46,165 nucleotides of DNA from a virus (IMGVR_UViG_3300020045_003071:1-46165), one strand, 5' to 3'; shown: positions 8,488-16,694, counted from the first letter of the stretch. Program-made: numbers and translations. The notes: generated by a model not told the origin, from the sequence alone.

Positions 8488-8916
8488 TTAAAAAGGGTTT
8501 TCATCTACTACAATCTGTCCATAATCATCTGGTCCTGAGACTGACTTAGCTGCTGTGTAATCAATCTTAGGTGTAGTAGATGTAACTGGCATAGCTGGCT
8601 TAGCGATAGCGTTACGTAAGTTCATAACTTCTACTTCTAGTGCTGATACTCTCATAGCAAGCTTATCCTCTGCCTTCGGTACATCAAAATTTAGGTATTC
8701 ACCATTCTGCTTTACTATAATATCTACCACATCACCTTCTTTCCAGTTCTCATTCTCCTTACCTTTGAAGCCTGAGAGCCACTTATCACCTTGTTCTACA
8801 CACTTAATACTCATCTTAGAGTAAGGTCTACCAGTCGCTTTAGCTACGAATGGTACACCGTTCTTGTCTTTATCTGAGACGTACACTCTGGTAATAGTTG
8901 CTTTTGTTATGTTCAT
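8488..8916 (-). CDS. Putative single-stranded DNA-binding protein (OB fold)
   Basis: Beta-rich N-domain (GRPYSKMSIK...WKEGDVVDI), flexible linker and acidic-aromatic C-tip VDENPF. Confidence 0.65.
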   Translation of the reverse strand: MNITKATITRVYVSDKDKNGVPFVAKATGRPYSKMSIKCVEQGDKWLSGFKGKENENWKEGDVVDIIVKQNGEYLNFDVPKAEDKLAMRVSALEVEVMNLRNAIAKPAMPVTSTTPKIDYTAAKSVSGPDDYGQIVVDENPF

Positions 8917-9001
8917 GTTGTTTTTATTTGTTGTTTTAATATCGACAGCTTTCGCTGTCTGAAAGTGGTTAGTAACCTAACCTGGCTTAGAGGCCACTTA
9001 C

Positions 9002-9048
9002 ATAGTAGCATACTTACTAATGAATGCAACTATATCTATGTGGATAAC
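9002..9048 (-). promoter_or_regulatory. DnaA-box-coupled promoter
   Basis: GTTATCCACA-N9-TTGCAT-N16-TACTAT, with extended TG. Confidence 0.75.
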
Positions 9049-9051
9049 TTA

Positions 9052-9300
9052 TCAACTTTTAGTTAAATTTAATTTGTACATATATTTACTTGTAGTCTTA
9101 ATATGTGGATAGTCCTCTAAATTGACCCCAGAATCTGTCATACAGCGTAGACAGTACATTTGTCCAGTTCTGGTTTTAACATACCTTAAAAGGCAATTTT
9201 GGCCTTTGTAGGTACATAAAACCCTTGTATTATCAGGTGCGTTTTTGCTCATATTTTCTAGGAGGGAATTAACAATAGGTTGTATAACCACGGCAGTCAT
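9052..9300 (-). CDS. Hypothetical Cys-containing protein
   Basis: ORF track. Confidence 0.6.
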   Translation of the reverse strand: MTAVVIQPIVNSLLENMSKNAPDNTRVLCTYKGQNCLLRYVKTRTGQMYCLRCMTDSGVNLEDYPHIKTTSKYMYKLNLTKS

Positions 9301-9481
9301 GAACTATAAATGCTGCACCTTTCTTACCACATAGTAAGCAATCAGTGCTTGTTGTACTTGTAAGACTGACGTATGGATAATCTTCTATCTCTACCACAGT
9401 ATCTGAAGGACAGATATGGTCATTTATATCCTTCCAAGCATCTATTGCTTCTTGTTTTGTTATTGTTATTTTCATTTTCAT
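9269..9481 (-). CDS. Hypothetical protein with CxxC...HxC
   Basis: ORF track; ATGA overlap with the upstream small ORF. Confidence 0.65.
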   Translation of the reverse strand: MKMKITITKQEAIDAWKDINDHICPSDTVVEIEDYPYVSLTSTTSTDCLLCGKKGAAFIVHDCRGYTTYC

Positions 9482-9618
9482 ATCTCTATTGTATTATCTT
9501 CATTAAGTATTAACCCTTTTGTTCTTAAATAATCTCTTAGTACTACATGTAGATGTTCTGGAGAGTCTGGACTATGTTTTACATTAAATATCACTACTAC
9601 TTTTTGTGGTTCGTTCAT
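9478..9618 (-). CDS. 46-aa hypothetical protein
   Basis: Hand translation MNEPQKVVVIFNVKH...; coupled start/stop on both sides. Confidence 0.6.
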   Translation of the reverse strand: MNEPQKVVVIFNVKHSPDSPEHLHVVLRDYLRTKGLILNEDNTIEI

Positions 9619-9619
9619 A

Positions 9620-9787
9620 TTAGTTTGCATTATTTCTTATATTCCAAGATATATAATTACTTATCCTTTGTTCTAAAAAAGTTTGTTTTTTTAGAGTTTT
9701 TCTTTTTCTAAAGTATTTAGGTAATAAATAGAATAATATAATAAGTATATTTATTATATTATCGTGTAATTTATATTTTTCTTTCAT
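9620..9787 (-). CDS. 55-aa basic hypothetical protein
   Basis: Hand translation MKEKYKLHDNIINILIILFY...; fills the gap. Confidence 0.45.
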   Translation of the reverse strand: MKEKYKLHDNIINILIILFYLLPKYFRKRKTLKKQTFLEQRISNYISWNIRNNAN

Positions 9788-9821
9788 AAATTTATTACAG
9801 ATGAGCCACCTGTGTTAGTTG

Positions 9822-9917
9822 TTAATTTCTTTTTACTACACCTAATAAACCTCCTAGTACTAATAATGCACCTGTTAGTATTCCTACCATAAAAGCTATC
9901 ATTACTTCTGTTGTCAT
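9822..9917 (-). CDS. 31-aa membrane micro-protein
   Basis: MTTEVMIAFMVGILTGALLVLGGLLGVVKRN; start abuts the upstream stop. Confidence 0.55.
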   Translation of the reverse strand: MTTEVMIAFMVGILTGALLVLGGLLGVVKRN

Positions 9918-10193
9918 TTATTTTATTATTAGTTTCTTAATTTCTTCTATCTTTTCTGCCAACTTGTCGTTAATGTGTACAAGTGCAGGTTCTTGTTGGT
10001 AAATACCAGTCTGGAACTCTTTACTAATCATTTCTCTAACTGCTTCAAGCAGTGAGATTTGAGAGGAGATGAGTAAATGTTTTACATCTCGTCTAACGAC
10101 TATTTCCTCACCATAAGCTATGTTAGGTGTTTGGTAGTACATAATGTCTTTATTTAGCTTCTCCACACTCTCCTGTACAATTTTTGATAGCAT
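9918..10193 (-). CDS. Hypothetical helical protein
   Basis: ORF track. Confidence 0.75.
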   Translation of the reverse strand: MLSKIVQESVEKLNKDIMYYQTPNIAYGEEIVVRRDVKHLLISSQISLLEAVREMISKEFQTGIYQQEPALVHINDKLAEKIEEIKKLIIK

Positions 10194-10194
10194 A

Positions 10195-10323
10195 TTATTC
10201 TTCTTTAGAGTATCTTAATAAATGTATTCCCAGAAAATAAAATCCGTAACTTACAGCCCAACCTCTATTCCAAAGAAACTTCAACGGTTCGTGTGTCAAT
10301 GTTGGTAAATATATTTCTTTCAT
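10195..10323 (-). CDS. 42-aa hypothetical protein
   Basis: Hand translation MKEIYLPTLTHEPLKFLWNRGW... Confidence 0.5.
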   Translation of the reverse strand: MKEIYLPTLTHEPLKFLWNRGWAVSYGFYFLGIHLLRYSKEE

Positions 10324-10373
10324 ATCTATTTAATTAGTTTGTATCTATCTTTTTAATAATGTTTACTAAGTCG

Positions 10374-10760
10374 TTAGTTTGTATCTATTAACTTGTGCAT
10401 ATTTTGTAATAAGTCTACGTCAAGATACGTATGACTGTCTTTATATTCTGCAATAATCTTTTTAATCTCTTCCTGATAGTGTTTGTATGTCTCCTCTTTT
10501 CCTAACTCATACATCTTTCTCCCGCTGTTTAATGTTTTCTTATGATCTTCTAAGATAGTGTTGACTAGTATTTCATTATCGTGTGCTTGTTTCTCCTCGA
10601 TTTTAGTGGTGATTTCTTTGATGATTTCTTGCATGCGTTCTTTATCTGCTAAACAAGTTAAGCAAGGTTTCCCATATTTCTCTTCTTGCCTACAGTTGTC
10701 TACTACTCTAAATGCTCCTGCGTATTCATTACAAAGTTCTTCTATTGATGTTTCTTTCAT
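10374..10760 (-). CDS. Hypothetical protein
   Basis: ORF track. Confidence 0.75.
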   Translation of the reverse strand: MKETSIEELCNEYAGAFRVVDNCRQEEKYGKPCLTCLADKERMQEIIKEITTKIEEKQAHDNEILVNTILEDHKKTLNSGRKMYELGKEETYKHYQEEIKKIIAEYKDSHTYLDVDLLQNMHKLIDTN

Positions 10761-10766
10761 GGTGTT

Positions 10767-11069
10767 TTAGTTAAGGACTTTTTTGACTTCTTTAATTGTA
10801 TATTCTTGCTTACGACCATTAAAGTGAGAATTATTTAAACTGTCTACCATATCTTGTATGTTTTCATCACTATGTAGAACTGTCATATCTGTATTCATTA
10901 ACATAAATGATGTCTTTTCTGCTTTAATCAACTTTTGATTGATTATTTTATTGTTTTCGATAATTCCATAAGTACATGCGTCTATTACAGCTCTCATAAA
11001 AGATGGGTCTTTTTGTACTTCTGAAACTATTTGCATTATTAATTGTTCTTTCATACTATTGTTCCTCAA
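10767..11069 (-). CDS. Hypothetical protein
   Basis: ORF track; the true start may be the second Met. Confidence 0.7.
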   Translation of the reverse strand: MRNNSMKEQLIMQIVSEVQKDPSFMRAVIDACTYGIIENNKIINQKLIKAEKTSFMLMNTDMTVLHSDENIQDMVDSLNNSHFNGRKQEYTIKEVKKVLN

Positions 11070-11352
11070 TTAGTTTTCTCTGGGCTTGTAATAGGGTGAT
11101 TAGTTTATCTCTATCAATATGTAACTTAATATCATATTCTCCTTCACATCCTTCTGCTACTTCATCCACTATCTCTATCATTAGGTCTATTTGGGAGAGG
11201 GTGGAGGTGGTGAGGAAGTTATTAACAGCAGGTGGTTCTCCAAATAAGTTCCAAGTTTGTAGTCTGTGTGCTGTTATCTTTGAAAACTTCTCATCAAACT
11301 CTTCCTTCTGCTCTGTGTGTAGTGTTGCTAGGGTTTTCATATTATTTTCCAT
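11056..11352 (-). CDS. Hypothetical helical protein
   Basis: ORF track. Confidence 0.7.
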   Translation of the reverse strand: MENNMKTLATLHTEQKEEFDEKFSKITAHRLQTWNLFGEPPAVNNFLTTSTLSQIDLMIEIVDEVAEGCEGEYDIKLHIDRDKLITLLQAQRKLIEEQ

Positions 11353-11521
11353 ATTTTTTTTCTTCTTCTCCTTCCTTAAGTTCTTTCCCTGACCATCGAC
11401 CTACTCTTATTCCACATTTAGGATCTAAACATCTATACTCTGAGATACCATCATAGTAGTTTGGTGAGTTCCAAGCATACTCAATCATTATTTGATCTGA
11501 TCCACATTTACATTTTTTCAT
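11342..11521 (-). CDS. 59-aa zinc-ribbon protein (MKKCKCGSDQIMIEY...YDGISEYRCLDPKCGIRVGRWSGKEL)
   Basis: Hand translation; two Cys pairs; ATGA overlap with the HNH stop. Confidence 0.75.
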   Translation of the reverse strand: MKKCKCGSDQIMIEYAWNSPNYYDGISEYRCLDPKCGIRVGRWSGKELKEGEEEKKYGK

Positions 11522-12033
11522 AATCCTATTTCATTATCTGTTAATTTATTTAATAATACATTCTTATGTCCGTAGTTATCAGTCTTTCTGTGACACTCTA
11601 TACATAGTGTTCTTCCATTATCTATATCAAATCGTAGTTCTGGATAGTGTGCAAATGATTTGATGTGGTCTGAATTTAATATACCTCCACGTGTTTTACA
11701 TTCTTGGCAAGTATAATCATCACGTTTAAATACAGTACTTCTCCAATCTCTATAAGATAATGAATGTCTTAGTTTTTCTAACTTAGAAGTCTTATCTCCA
11801 ATTCCTTTGTTCCAAGGTACAAATCCTTTCTTAAAAGAAGTTTCAGTGGTTTTTTTATTTGCACATTTTAAACATTTATTACCACGTATCTTATTCTTCT
11901 TATTACTATATCCTACTGGATAAATAAGTCTGTACATAGAGTAACCTACAACTCTAGTAGCTTTACATTCTGAGCACGTAACAGTATATTTTTGTTCTTT
12001 AGCTTTTAATGTCATCTTCTGGGTCATAGTCAA
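11518..12033 (-). CDS. HNH endonuclease (NUMOD3-like FKKGxxPWNKG plus HNHc)
   Basis: WRSTVFKRDDYTCQEC...HIKSF...RFDIDNGRTLCIECH. Confidence 0.9.
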   Translation of the reverse strand: MTMTQKMTLKAKEQKYTVTCSECKATRVVGYSMYRLIYPVGYSNKKNKIRGNKCLKCANKKTTETSFKKGFVPWNKGIGDKTSKLEKLRHSLSYRDWRSTVFKRDDYTCQECKTRGGILNSDHIKSFAHYPELRFDIDNGRTLCIECHRKTDNYGHKNVLLNKLTDNEIGL

Positions 12034-12859
12034 CGTCTCCTAATTTGTAGAGAGCTAAACATGCAAGAAATCCTTTATAGTCTTTTTCAAATGTATAGCT
12101 AGACTGTACTTCTAAATCGTTACCATTCTTTCCACTCCTAATAATTACTGTGCCGACTATATCGTTATCGTACCCCATCTCGTTCCATGCGGCACGATAC
12201 GCTGCACACTGGTAGAAATAACTACGGCCATATATTCCTGAAGAGGTTTTGAAATCAGCAATAAATTTTTGTCCATTAATCTCAATAATTAAGTCACAAG
12301 TTCCTGCAAAGAATCTCCTCTTACTTACAGTAGTCATCTCAGACTGTAAGAACTTAACATGGTCCATAGGAGCTATTGAGATACTATTCTTATCATAAGA
12401 GTTCTTCTTAGTAGCAGCTGGTACTCTTCCATTACACCAATCTACAAACGGTTGTAGTATCTTATGTAACTCTTGGTCATCAGGTATAGCAGGAATTGGC
12501 TGATTATTAATATGAGCCTTAGCATAGTCCTCTACCCAAGCATGAGCCTGTGTACCTATATCCATAGCAGCTCCTGAGTTACGCTTAGATGCCCAGTCCT
12601 TGGTGTCCAGTATCTGCTGTATCTTCTCATTGTTAATCTTTAAACATTCTTCGTAGGCAAGCTTCACAGCCCACTCTAGTATCTGTGGCTTAGATTCCTT
12701 GTTAAGGATTGTCGTGACTCCAGTCACGGATACACCATTCAGCTTGTAACGATTCTTGCCTCCTTCATTAGGAGAGAATATGAGTATGTCTACATCACTA
12801 TTGTCATGGGTCATGATAGTCTCTATTGTTTCTCCTTTGTCTATTTTAGTTATTTTCAT
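11999..12859 (-). CDS. PD-(D/E)XK nuclease (RecB/Cas4-like phage exonuclease)
   Basis: GVTTIL, GTQAH, AGTCDL...ADFKTS and YQCAAY motifs. Confidence 0.88.
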   Translation of the reverse strand: MKITKIDKGETIETIMTHDNSDVDILIFSPNEGGKNRYKLNGVSVTGVTTILNKESKPQILEWAVKLAYEECLKINNEKIQQILDTKDWASKRNSGAAMDIGTQAHAWVEDYAKAHINNQPIPAIPDDQELHKILQPFVDWCNGRVPAATKKNSYDKNSISIAPMDHVKFLQSEMTTVSKRRFFAGTCDLIIEINGQKFIADFKTSSGIYGRSYFYQCAAYRAAWNEMGYDNDIVGTVIIRSGKNGNDLEVQSSYTFEKDYKGFLACLALYKLGDVDYDPEDDIKS

Positions 12860-13206
12860 CTATTGTAATAGTAAGCGATTAGTGATTTGATGTCTTTCTT
12901 TTTAGTAGTAGGTTGTATAGCTACTATATTACTCCCAGAAATACATGTATTTGCTCCAGTACCAGCCAGTGCATAAGCATCTAATGAGCCTATGGAACCT
13001 TGTTGCATCTGTGCCATACCTATATATGGTTGCTTTAATTGTAAGTCTAAGTTCTTTTTCTCTAATTCAATTATCCTTGATTCATACTTTGATTTAACAA
13101 CTTTTTCCATTTCTTTCATTACTGAGTCGTATGAATTATAGTCTGTTGCAAATGCCATACTATTTAACGAGTTTGATTTCATTCTTAGCAATAAGTCCAT
13201 CAACAA
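12856..13206 (-). CDS. Hypothetical protein
   Basis: ORF track; likely start at 13158 (MAFATD). Confidence 0.7.
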   Translation of the reverse strand: MLMDLLLRMKSNSLNSMAFATDYNSYDSVMKEMEKVVKSKYESRIIELEKKNLDLQLKQPYIGMAQMQQGSIGSLDAYALAGTGANTCISGSNIVAIQPTTKKKDIKSLIAYYYNR

Positions 13207-13537
13207 GCTTATTAAGAATTTCTTTCATGTCCTTAACATCAAATCCTAGGTTCTCAAATGCCTTCATGTACATTTCAATTTCTTTAGCTTGAGTTTGTGT
13301 CTTGATATTAAGTTCAGTAAGTTTTCCTTCTAGTACTGCTGTATGATTTTGTAGTACAACATCGTGGTTAGATGCTATACGAGCTAATTCATCTTTATGT
13401 TGTTCCTTAAGTTTAGATACTCTATACTCACTCTCACTTATAACTTTTGTAAGTTCGTCAGCATGTCTTGAAGCATTCTTATGTAGTAATTCATTTAGAG
13501 AATCAATTTCTTTTTGTAGTTTTGTATTTGTAAACAT
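13160..13537 (-). CDS. Coiled-coil hypothetical protein
   Basis: ORF track; heptad pattern. Confidence 0.75.
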   Translation of the reverse strand: MFTNTKLQKEIDSLNELLHKNASRHADELTKVISESEYRVSKLKEQHKDELARIASNHDVVLQNHTAVLEGKLTELNIKTQTQAKEIEMYMKAFENLGFDVKDMKEILNKLVDGLIAKNEIKLVK

Positions 13538-13583
13538 ATTATTTGTATTAATTATTAATTATTAATCTTTCATTTCGGTACTC

Positions 13584-14105
13584 TTACAGTCTATCAGGTG
13601 TATTGGATTGGTCAATATCTGTGGTGTGGATAAGTTCTCTTTCTAATTTTATTCTAGCTAACTCAGCCTTTACTACAGCAGGGTTAGCATAGCTAGGTTT
13701 AAACTTCTGTGGTTTATTAGGATTAGGTGGTGTATAAGCTGGACCTTTAACCTTCTTAACTTGTGAAATTTGTGGTGTTTGTTTACGTAACACATCAGCA
13801 TACGTCTGTGGAACTTTCTTTTCCTTGTACACAAAAGTTGACTCGCTTGAAATAGTATACAACTTTTTTATTATACGCTTTCTCTCTCTGCCACATCTCT
13901 CTGGTAAGTTCATAGAGAAATGTCTCCACTCAACATCTATGTCATAGTGTAAATCCCATAAATTTTCTCCTTGATACTTTATATGGAATCTACCACTGTT
14001 GTCTTTTCTTATGTAATCTTTGTCATTAGGGTGTTTTTTATAACCACTTATCATCATAAGATTATAAAAAGTTGTACCGTATCTTTTATTTAGGTCAATT
14101 ATCAT
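13584..14105 (-). CDS. Hypothetical basic protein
   Basis: ORF track. Confidence 0.75.
   Translation of the reverse strand: MIIDLNKRYGTTFYNLMMISGYKKHPNDKDYIRKDNSGRFHIKYQGENLWDLHYDIDVEWRHFSMNLPERCGRERKRIIKKLYTISSESTFVYKEKKVPQTYADVLRKQTPQISQVKKVKGPAYTPPNPNKPQKFKPSYANPAVVKAELARIKLERELIHTTDIDQSNTPDRL
13588..13633 (-). promoter_or_regulatory. DnaA-box-coupled promoter embedded in the 3' end of a CDS
   Basis: TTATCCACA-N9-TTGACC-N16-TAGACT, with extended TG. Confidence 0.7.
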
Positions 14106-14107
14106 AG

Positions 14108-14842
14108 TTAGAATCCATACTGGTCTACTTTAACTACTGGCTCTGGCCGAGCAGCACGAACTACTGGTAATTTAATTGTTGAGTACTTAGGACAGAACAA
14201 CTCAAACCTCATCATAAACTTTTTCTCTGAGGAAACAGCCAGAGCATCTATACGTTCTTTTATATCTTTCACTGAGTGAAGTGAAAGCAGGTGTATAGCT
14301 GCTTCTTTAGTACCTTTGTAGAATCTTTGACTTGGTTTTGTCTCTGGAGAGATTTTAGAATAGAAGTAAAGCACGATTGCTTGCCAATCGTTACTATCTG
14401 AGTTTATATCTGTTTGTTTCTTATCTGTGTTTATATATGGTATAGGTCCGCAGTTTTCTGTAGATGCATCCGCAGATTCTGCGATTGCATTCGCAGATTT
14501 AGGTAAATCCATTTGCATTTTTTTGCGAATGGGAATTATAAGACTTTTTTCAGTTTCAGATGTATACCACTTAGTTCTATCATACTTAAACTTATTGTAG
14601 TTTCCAGACATAACGTAACCCGCTTTCTCTAATTTATCTAAGTAGTTGTATACTGTTCTCTCCTTCCAATAAGGAAATAACTTTGCAAAGCTACCTGCTG
14701 AGTTATAAGTCCACCATCTTCCATCATGGAAATGTTTTTCTTCACCATTGGCACGATTCTTCTTTACCCAGAACTGTATGTTACTGAGTAGTATTGCACA
14801 CTCTACACCTAGCTCTAAAGCTATTTGTTCATCAAAGTTCAT
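14108..14842 (-). CDS. Phage replication initiator (winged-helix, lambda O / replisome-organizer-like)
   Basis: GVECAILL..IQFW...DGRWWTYNS....LFPYW...L..LEKAGYV...RTKWY signature, followed by a repeat-encoded linker. Confidence 0.82.
   Translation of the reverse strand: MNFDEQIALELGVECAILLSNIQFWVKKNRANGEEKHFHDGRWWTYNSAGSFAKLFPYWKERTVYNYLDKLEKAGYVMSGNYNKFKYDRTKWYTSETEKSLIIPIRKKMQMDLPKSANAIAESADASTENCGPIPYINTDKKQTDINSDSNDWQAIVLYFYSKISPETKPSQRFYKGTKEAAIHLLSLHSVKDIKERIDALAVSSEKKFMMRFELFCPKYSTIKLPVVRAARPEPVVKVDQYGF
14447..14533. repeat. Four ~21-22 bp iteron-like repeats (probable origin)
   Basis: Units start at 14447, 14469, 14490 and 14512 (TCCGCAG.., TCCGCAG.., TTCGCAG.., TTTGCAT..); AT-rich tract at about 14400-14445. 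Confidence 0.65.
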
Positions 14843-14843
14843 A

Positions 14844-14969
14844 TTAGTCGATACTACTTACTAAATAAATCCACCCAATAATAGCAAACGCTATTGCAAA
14901 TAAACTTAATCCTATAGCAGGATAGAATAGTGTTATTAATAATAACGCAAAAAATGTTTCTTTATTCAT
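14844..14969 (-). CDS. 41-aa membrane micro-protein
   Basis: MNKETFFALLLITLFYPAIGLSLFAIAFAIIGWIYLVSSID; stop 1 nt before the initiator ATG. Confidence 0.65.
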   Translation of the reverse strand: MNKETFFALLLITLFYPAIGLSLFAIAFAIIGWIYLVSSID

Positions 14970-14981
14970 AGTAATTAGTAC

Positions 14982-15107
14982 TTAGTATAACTTCTTAAAG
15001 TAAACTCCAGATATAAAAACACAACATACACCAACTACTCCTATGAGATCTGGTCTTATAAGTAAAACACCAACTGCGTACACAGCGAAACATGTTAATT
15101 TATTCAT
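14982..15107 (-). CDS. 41-aa membrane micro-protein
   Basis: MNKLTCFAVYAVGVLLIRPDLIGVVGVCCVFISGVYFKKLY. Confidence 0.55.
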   Translation of the reverse strand: MNKLTCFAVYAVGVLLIRPDLIGVVGVCCVFISGVYFKKLY

Positions 15108-15128
15108 GTTGAAAATGACTAATTGTTA

Positions 15129-15231
15129 ATTAGCCCTAAGGAATCGTTATCTATCGTACACTTATTCTACTGAACCCGCCCTTGAAAGTACGGACTCAGT
15201 AGAACATTCAAGGTAACTCCGTAGAGCTAAT
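15129..15231 (-). promoter_or_regulatory. Structured, pseudoknotted 5' leader RNA
   Basis: Outer helix ATTAGCTCTACGGAG/TTCCTTAGGGCTAAT, inner helix 15165-15173/15196-15204, loop pairing 15180-15186/15207-15213. Confidence 0.65.
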
Positions 15232-15234
15232 ACC

Positions 15235-15262
15235 AGTATACTACACTATAAAAATAATGCAA
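15235..15262 (-). promoter_or_regulatory. Promoter of the replication operon
   Basis: TTGCAT-N16-TATACT. Confidence 0.65.
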
Positions 15263-15303
15263 GTACTTGACATAATACAAAATATATTGTATTACTTGAT
15301 ATA

Positions 15304-15732
15304 ATGAAACTGCAGAAGATTAAGACCATAGAGAATAGAGTATGGCAACTATGTAAGCAGATTATTCGTCAGCAGTACCCTAATACTTGCTTTGCTTGTG
15401 GTAAGGAAGGATTAGAAGGTAAACAACTACATACATCTCATTTGTTTAGAAAAAAATTTATACCAATACAGATGAAGTACGATTTACGTTTACTTAGAAA
15501 TTGTTGCAATGTATGCAATTTACGACTTTACGGAAACCTTGAATGGTATTTTACGAACCTATTACGTGTAGAAGATAAACAATATGTACTTGATATTGCT
15601 GATGATATATTACGTTATAAAAAACAACCAATGAATACTAAAGACACGAGAGCTTTCCTATTATCATTAGAGCAAGAGTATGCTACACTTATTTCTGTCC
15701 TACCAGAGGATGACATAGCTCGTCTTACTTGA
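15304..15732 (+). CDS. NinG/Rap-like recombination endonuclease
   Basis: IIR...CFACG...HTSHLF...KYD....CNVCN....GNLEWY pattern. Confidence 0.8.
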   Translation: MKLQKIKTIENRVWQLCKQIIRQQYPNTCFACGKEGLEGKQLHTSHLFRKKFIPIQMKYDLRLLRNCCNVCNLRLYGNLEWYFTNLLRVEDKQYVLDIADDILRYKKQPMNTKDTRAFLLSLEQEYATLISVLPEDDIARLT

Positions 15733-15763
15733 CGGGCTTTCGTCTGTATGGTATTGTAATAGT

Positions 15764-16471
15764 ATGATAAAAACAGAAGGAAAACTAACGCAAGGATTTG
15801 GTGCTAATGCAACTCCTACTTATGTTGCAGGTGGACTTAAAGGACATTCAGGAATCGACCTAGATAATGGTTATGGATCACCTATCCACTCGTACTGGGA
15901 TGAAGAGTACGTATATAAAGTTCTAACAGTAGAAAATCCAGCAAATGATGGTTCAGGATTCACTGGAGTGTTCACAATCGTAGAACAAGATGGAAAGGTA
16001 TTTGAGTTTCTTTATGGACATTGTAATCCTACAGTTAAGGTAGGTTCAATACTCACTAAAGGTTCTGTGTTAGGTACTCAGTCAAATAACGGTGAATGTT
16101 ACTCAGGTGGTGTACGTATCACTTTAGAGATGCAAAAGAATGGAGACCACAGAGGTACACATCGTCATGACCAAGCTCGTGAACTTATAAAAGAAACAGT
16201 TGCTCAGAATAGAAGACATATAATTGGATTAGACGGTACAGCCTTTCATAAGGATGGAATCTACTATGGAATACTAAACTATGACAATGGCTATAATGGT
16301 TGTTTTGACTGGCTGACATGGCAGAAAGGTATTACTGGAGTAGAAACACCTTTTACTAAGTTTGAAAAGGCTCTTAAAGAGTTTCAAATATCAGAAGGTA
16401 TAAAACCATATCCTCTTGTTGGTCCTTCAACTAAGAAAGCACTTAACAAATATTTAACAATCAAATACTAA
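15764..16471 (+). CDS. Endolysin: M23-family peptidase with C-terminal peptidoglycan-binding element
   Basis: HSGID (HxxxD), YGH, HRH (HxH); KALKEFQ..EG.....VGPSTKKALN. Confidence 0.85.
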   Translation: MIKTEGKLTQGFGANATPTYVAGGLKGHSGIDLDNGYGSPIHSYWDEEYVYKVLTVENPANDGSGFTGVFTIVEQDGKVFEFLYGHCNPTVKVGSILTKGSVLGTQSNNGECYSGGVRITLEMQKNGDHRGTHRHDQARELIKETVAQNRRHIIGLDGTAFHKDGIYYGILNYDNGYNGCFDWLTWQKGITGVETPFTKFEKALKEFQISEGIKPYPLVGPSTKKALNKYLTIKY

Positions 16472-16481
16472 TAATACTAAT

Positions 16482-16694
16482 ATGATCTCAACAACACAAA
16501 CAACAAACTACTTATCACTCGCAGGTGCTCTAGTTGTAATACTAGGTTACTTTAAAATACAAATTAATGTTAATGATTTAGCTATGCTTATCGGTGCAGT
16601 TGTAACAGTACTCGGTACTTTACTAAACTTCTATCACCGTTACCAGAAAGGAGGAGTAACGATACTAGGAATTAGAGAAGAGAATATTGGATAA
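16482..16694 (+). CDS. Putative holin
   Basis: Two hydrophobic segments and a charged tail, immediately after the endolysin. Confidence 0.75.
   Translation: MISTTQTTNYLSLAGALVVILGYFKIQINVNDLAMLIGAVVTVLGTLLNFYHRYQKGGVTILGIREENIG

Noticed and set aside
11407-11416. TTATTCCACA DnaA-like site
   Set aside because: Imperfect, inside a CDS, with no promoter at the characteristic spacing.
11999-12859. Cas4 / CRISPR adaptation role
   Set aside because: No four-Cys Fe-S pattern and no cas or array context; an ordinary phage PD-(D/E)XK nuclease.
15129-15142. Pistol ribozyme suggested by UUAGGGC/GCCCUAAG
   Set aside because: Only one half is present per strand; the required partner and core are missing.
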